Assembly: GCA_037834085.1 (NCBI GenBank)
Contig: JBBMKC010000008.1
Span: 1-41,180, forward strand
Length of the DNA: 41,180 nt
Direction of reading: 5' to 3'
Source of the DNA: Bipalium vagum
Lineage: Eukaryota
Made by a program: the position numbers and the translations under genes. Below, in pieces: positions 36,051-41,180 of this stretch (position 1 is its first letter; each line of letters begins with the position of its first letter). Under the pieces are notes generated by a model that had not been told where the DNA came from, searched no databases, and saw nothing but the letters and a program-made list of their open reading frames with translations.

Positions 36051-37852
36051 ATCATTCATTAAGAGTTTCTGAAACTTGATGAAACAGTGATTTATGGTTT
36101 TTTTCTGAAAGGTTGAATGAATCAGATATTAAGAAATTTTCTATTTCTAAGAATATGCTGTGGAATATTGAGAAGCTTGAAAGTGAATTAATCTCATTAT
36201 TATATAGTTCAGATAATAATAAGTTCAATTTTTTAAAAAAAATACAATATTCATTAATGAGGAAAAATTTAATAATTTTCTTCATATAAATATTGCTATA
36301 CCACTGTTTTCCGAATGCCCACACATTTATGATCCGAATGCTTTTTATTTATAAAATGACTAAATAACAAATAAACAAAATTTTCTTTATTTTTAGTTTT
36401 ATATTTTCAAAATGTGAAAAAATTATGCAGAAAATTAATGATTGGCTGTTTTTTTATAGTATTTTTAATTGTATTTATAGTACAATTTTTAATATATTTT
36501 TACTGGTGTGGTTGCCATGTTAATTTGTATTAGGTTGAAATATTTATTTCAGAAGCAAAATATTCAATTTGATAATATTTAAGCTAATTATTAATATTTT
36601 AATATATGATCAAGGCCATTTTAAGAATTAATTTTAAGAATAATTTTTAATAATAATCAATTTTAAAATATTCAAGAAAAATAATAAAATAATAATAATA
36701 ATAATAAAATCAATGAAAAAAAAGTATTTTAAAGGAAATACTAATAATTTAAAATTTTTATAGTACTAATAATAAAATGTTATAATAAAATATTATATAA
36801 TAATAAATAATAATAATAATGATAATAAAAATAATATCTGATTTTGATTTTATTGAGTTTGTAGGTATTGATTCTTAGAATGAATATTTTTTCGAACTAT
36901 TAGAATAGATTTATTGTTAATATTATTTAAATAAATAATTGGTGATATTATTTAGATTAATCCTGTAAGTTTTAATTTTATTGGCCTAATATCCATAACT
37001 TTTTAATCTTGAAAAATTAAAGATATGAAACTCAAATTTTCTTACAACTTTTTTTCTTATAAAACACCAGGTTTCCTCAAATATGTTGTGTCTTGTATTT
37101 TCCTGTTTTTCTTTCCATTAAATCGGGAATGTTTGCTCAACTTAAGTGAGTTCAGTTGCATATCTCGATGTCAATTTTGATCTTCTATGTAAAATTGCAA
37201 CTTGGATTTTATAATTTTATAAATTTGTAATCAATAATTCATGATCAAGAAAATTGATTCTATCAAATCCTGATATTCATATAATTTCTCATTTTTTCAA
37301 TTTCTTTGAAATTTTGACAATTCTATTTCGCTGATAATATAAAACATTTTCTTATTATGCTATATTTTAAAAAAATCGGATTTTTAAAATTAATTTCAAA
37401 TCTTCTCTTAACAATTTACTCTTAATGGATCCGGAGTCTTAATTAGGTATATTTTTTTAATTATCATTCTTGTGTTTTATTCCAATATATTCAGTGATTT
37501 ATTCCTTGTTTGATGTTATTATATTTATTTATTTATTATTATTTACATCATTTTTTACTGGTCGAAATTCAGACCATGTTGATTTTTTATTACCTTTTCC
37601 ATTCAATACATTTTCAATGATTACCTTTCGCCATTTGGGAAATTAAGTCTAATCTATGTTACCTTTTGAATATTGGATTGATATTCTTTTGCTACATCTA
37701 ATACGTTGTACTCTGCTCTCTTTCTAATGTATTGAACTCGTTCCAGTAATTATTTGTGATATGTGACTACAAAACCCACGAACTCTGTTTAACTACAACA
37801 TCCTTAGTAATTTATTTATGATAAAGATTGTGAGATAAATTGAAAATTAGTC

Positions 37853-37901
37853 GGGGGGATGTAGCTCAGCGGTCAGAGCAGTGCATGCGCATGTGAAGGT
37901 C
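37853..37901 (+). mobile_element. tRNA-Ala-derived SINE head or truncated tRNA pseudogene (copy 2)
   Basis: GGGGGGATGTAGCTCAGCGGTCAGAGCA...CGCATGTGAAGGTC is a tRNA-Ala-like 5' half with A-box; no T-arm, B-box or acceptor 3' strand. Confidence 0.72.
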
Positions 37902-38245
37902 TTATAACATTTTAACAAACTTATAACATTTTCTTCCTTGTGGTTTTGATTTTTTGTTCATGTACTCAGATTTTCAACTTTTATTGAAAATCTAATAAAT
38001 CTTAAAAATATAACGGTAAATCCTGGATTTCACAATCTTTTAAGATCTTCTGGTATCTAAAATGTTTTGATTGACCTTTTTCAATGTTTTTATTTTGATT
38101 TCTGGCGTGATTGTATTATATTTTTAGAATTGCACAAATTGACAGTAGAAATTTAAGCATGGTAAATTTATCAATAATGTTATTCAGGATTCACTTTCAA
38201 GAATTTATAAGAGATTTAATTTTTCGTTTTTCGCATGGTAAAATA

Positions 38246-38940
38246 TATAGGCTGGAAAGAAAGTTCTGGCCGTTTTAAATTTAAATATTATATCACATTA
38301 AAAACACTTTATAAAACGATTTTACTTAAAAATAAATTACATTTATAACTGTACAATCATTCAGGGTAATAATCACCATTCGATTCAACAATATAACGCC
38401 ATCTCTTAGGCAAAGAGTGAATTCCATCCCAATAGTAGTGTTTTGGCTTAGAGGCGAAGAATTCAATTAGCCACGTTTTCAGTTCCTCGTCTCCTTCGAA
38501 CGAAATTCCACTAATGCTTCTAGCCAAAGTGAGAAACAAGTAGTAGTCCGACGGTGCCAAATCCGGACTATACGGAGGATGGATGAGAACTTCCCAACCA
38601 AGATTCATCAGTTTCTTCCTGGTCACTGTTGCAGTGTGAGGACGAGCGTTGTTATGCAGAAATCGAACACGAATTAGATTTTGGCGAAGTTCGGAGATAC
38701 TTTTAGCCAAACGCTCTAATTGTTCACAGTACACTTGAGCATTGATAGTAAAATTGCGAGGCAGCAGTTCCCAGTAGTTTATTCCGGAGCTATCTTACCA
38801 AACAGAAAGCATAACCTTGCGAGGGTGCAGGTAGACCTTTGATTGTGTCCTGCTAGAGCTGTTAGCATCTGTCCAAGAACGCCTTCGCTTGATGTTGGTG
38901 TAGAGACACCATTTCTCGTCACCAGTGACTGTTATCCAAA
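38246..38940 (-). mobile_element. 5'-truncated mariner (DD34D) element with 3' TIR
   Basis: TVTGDEKWCLY, LHPRKVMLSVW*D, FLHNNARPH (D to N), HPPYSPDLAPSDY, LPKRW..GDY; TIR-like TATAGGCTGGAAAGAAAGTTCTGGCCGTTTT at ~38246. Confidence 0.93.
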
Positions 38941-39262
38941 TATTGGGTTCTGCGATTTATTATTGATTTTTAAAAAATATCATTTTACTGAACTCTAAGA
39001 AATCATAAAAGAATTTTTTTCATTAATGATATATAAAAATAATGATAATAAAAATATCATAAACGCATGGAACCTTTTATACAAAATTGTATAGCAAAAT
39101 TGTTTTCAGTAATGAACGAAGGATAATAATAATAATAAAAATAGTAAAAATATATTTTCATATTTTTCTCCAGTTATCAAAATCTCTGAAAATCTTAAAA
39201 ATGTTCGAAAACGATTAGGATTCTTAACATATTTATACAAATGTAAATGTTGAAATCTTTTA

Positions 39263-39531
39263 CAGGCTTTACAGTGTAAATTAACGATTTTTTAACGTAA
39301 TGTAACCATTGTTTAAACTGATCATTTTTTTAAGAAAATGAACGAAAGTTTTCAAGTAAAAAAAGAAACAACTTGAGAGCAGTACTCGTCAAGCGACAAT
39401 AAGAAAATATCAACGTGGAAAGGGATCACAAATAATTAGCCTCGAACTGGATATAAATGAAAATACGGTAGCTTCAGTTTTTGCCTCGTTAGTTTAAGTT
39501 AAAAATTCGTTAATTTACACTGTAAACCATA
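39263..39531 (+). mobile_element. 269-bp TIR-bounded Tc1/mariner deletion derivative (MITE-like)
   Basis: ~38-bp inverted repeats (core TTTACAGTGTAAATTAACGA) at 39263-39300 and 39494-39531 with TA on both sides; internal HTH remnant RQATIRKYQRGKGSQIISLELDINENTVASV. Confidence 0.85.
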
Positions 39532-39599
39532 TAGGGGAAAGATGAAAACAGTCGTAATTTTAACTCGAAACAGATTGATTCAAATGATATTAATTTGTC

Positions 39600-39830
39600 T
39601 TCATACTATTTCAGCTTTTACAAGAGGATTTGGTGGAGCTCAAATATTTGAATGGTCTGTGTATTTTATTTTTCTGTTGTTCATTTTATAGAATGTGCTT
39701 TTGGAAATTTCTTTTCATCACAAAGTTTCTCCTTGACAATTTGTTTGCGAATAACATGACCATTGACATTCACCACCCGTTAAATATTAAAATTTATTCT
39801 TTTCAAAATTTTCTGAAAAAAACCTAGAAA
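39600..39830 (-). mobile_element. Possible FLYWCH/MULE N-terminal relic
   Basis: WSCYSQTNCQG...DHSN..PPNP pattern (W-x-C-x5-C...H). Confidence 0.3.
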
Positions 39831-41153
39831 TTAATAAATCGATAATAAGCTTATAACCTTTTATTCTTCAATTAAACAATTTAAGGAAATTAGAGTTATA
39901 AATCTTGAAAGTCGATGATTCTTATTTACAATTATTTTCTTTTTTTAATAAAAATATAAATAATATTAGTGTATAATCTAAAGATTGTGAAAAGGTCATA
40001 TTGATTTTCACGGCTTTACAGCCATCTTACCATCGTACATTGGTTTTATGTGAATTATAATTTCTAGTAAGCTCATTCAATTCTTTTGTATTAGCAACCA
40101 TAAACTTATGTGAAACACTTATCGATTTCAGCGACTTGATAGACATTTTAATTTTCATATAACCTTTTTGAGACTTATTAGAAAATAATCATTCACCAGT
40201 TTGGCTGTTAAATTGATGTCATCTCAAGTCAACGTCATTCTCAAATTCTCAATTAAACAATGGTTAAGTTATATGTAGAAAAGACCTTTGTAAATATTAG
40301 AAAATGATTAATCCGTTCTATCTGAAGCATGAATCTAATTGTTCGTTTTCAGGTTTAGAATTTGTTTCACAAAGTTGGAAAGCACAATTCTTACAGTACG
40401 AAACTTAAATGACAGTCATTAATCAATTATTGAATCAATAATGTATTGGTATTTGAGAGGAGCTGTTGTCTGAAAGTAATTAATAATTTTCAACAAGTCT
40501 TTGCTCATCTCAATTTAAGCAAATATAGAACTGAGGCTTTATTGATATTTTTTAGTATTGATTAAAAATAATATTTTCTGTTCTCTTCACAAGTTTTTCA
40601 TTTAAATACGAATCATGTGCCTGGTTTCTTTTTTCAATAGAGAGTTTAAAGAAAATTCTTTGAACTTTCTATTGAAAATAATCTATTAAAAATTCTGTTA
40701 CGGATCATTTGTTTTATTTTTTAAATTTATCAATAAAAGTTATAATCATTAAATTTACTCAAGTAAAGAAATGACCAAAACCCTCTGGTTTTGTAGTAGA
40801 TAACACTGAAAAATGTAATTTTTATCAAATATATTCATCATACGATTCTATCAACTGATGGTGATACTCTTAAGTGTCAGTTTTAGCTTGTTAGAACATC
40901 TGAGAATCATTTTTTCTGACAGAATTTCATAGAATTATTTAAATTTTATAAATTGACAATAGCCGCACATACGCATCATATTTCAATTGATCAGATAATT
41001 ATTACTTCTGGTAATAAATATAATTATTTTTTATTCTATAATTTTCGTAACTCAGATTTTTCTGTGTGTCATAGTGTTTTTAGAAAATAATAACGTATTC
41101 TCTTTTTTCAGTGATAATTTATTCTTCATCAAAATAATATTTATGCCAATACC

Positions 41154-41180
41154 ATTATTATTATTATTATTATTATTATT
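41154..41180. repeat. (TTA)n microsatellite running to the window end
   Basis: ttattattattattattattattatt. Confidence 0.9.

Noticed and set aside
37853-37901. Functional tRNA-Ala gene
   Set aside because: Lacks the T-arm and the acceptor 3' strand.
38357-38800. RIP- or APOBEC-like targeted G-to-A mutation of transposons (D to N here and at ~24128, TGG to TAA)
   Set aside because: Too few sites with mixed contexts; a general AT mutation bias explains them. It needs consensus-based mutation spectra.
39613-39827. Candidate second exon of the TLC-domain gene
   Set aside because: The phase-2 join after TTTCAG hits a stop within 13 codons; the other frame has no TLC motifs; the minus strand looks like a FLYWCH/MULE relic.
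1-41180. Alternative genetic code, CRISPR array or prokaryotic operon
   Set aside because: Host genes translate cleanly in the standard code with TAA/TAG stops and spliceosomal introns; no regularly spaced repeat-spacer array was seen.

Overview
Very AT-rich eukaryotic (animal, most likely invertebrate) genomic scaffold with three 100-N gaps. It holds four host protein-coding genes arranged as two head-to-head pairs. Pair 1 is a 5-exon KRR1 ribosome-assembly factor (minus, 1447-2613), whose KH2 GxxG loop appears lost, and an F-box/LRR gene of the Drosophila FipoQ type (plus, probably 2986-26892, 8 exons, last intron GC-AG). Pair 2 is an intronless KLHL10-like BTB-BACK-Kelch gene (minus, 30048-31913) and the first exon of a TLC-domain (TLCD1/2-like) membrane protein (plus, from 32268; no further exon found in the window). 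Introns are either about 46-60 bp or kilobases long and packed with dead transposons. These include IS630-Tc1-mariner elements of several spacing classes (DD35E, DD37E x2, DD37D, DD34D, pogo), two short TIR-bounded deletion derivatives, an RLE-type non-LTR 3' end, hAT- and MULE-like relics, and two fragments of a tRNA-Ala-derived SINE. I found no convincing new multi-gene system. The best leads are the altered KRR1, the remodelled BTB and strong GC3 split in the Kelch gene, the DD35E Tc1, and a few unexplained GC-rich islands. All family assignments are from motif recognition by eye, without database searches.
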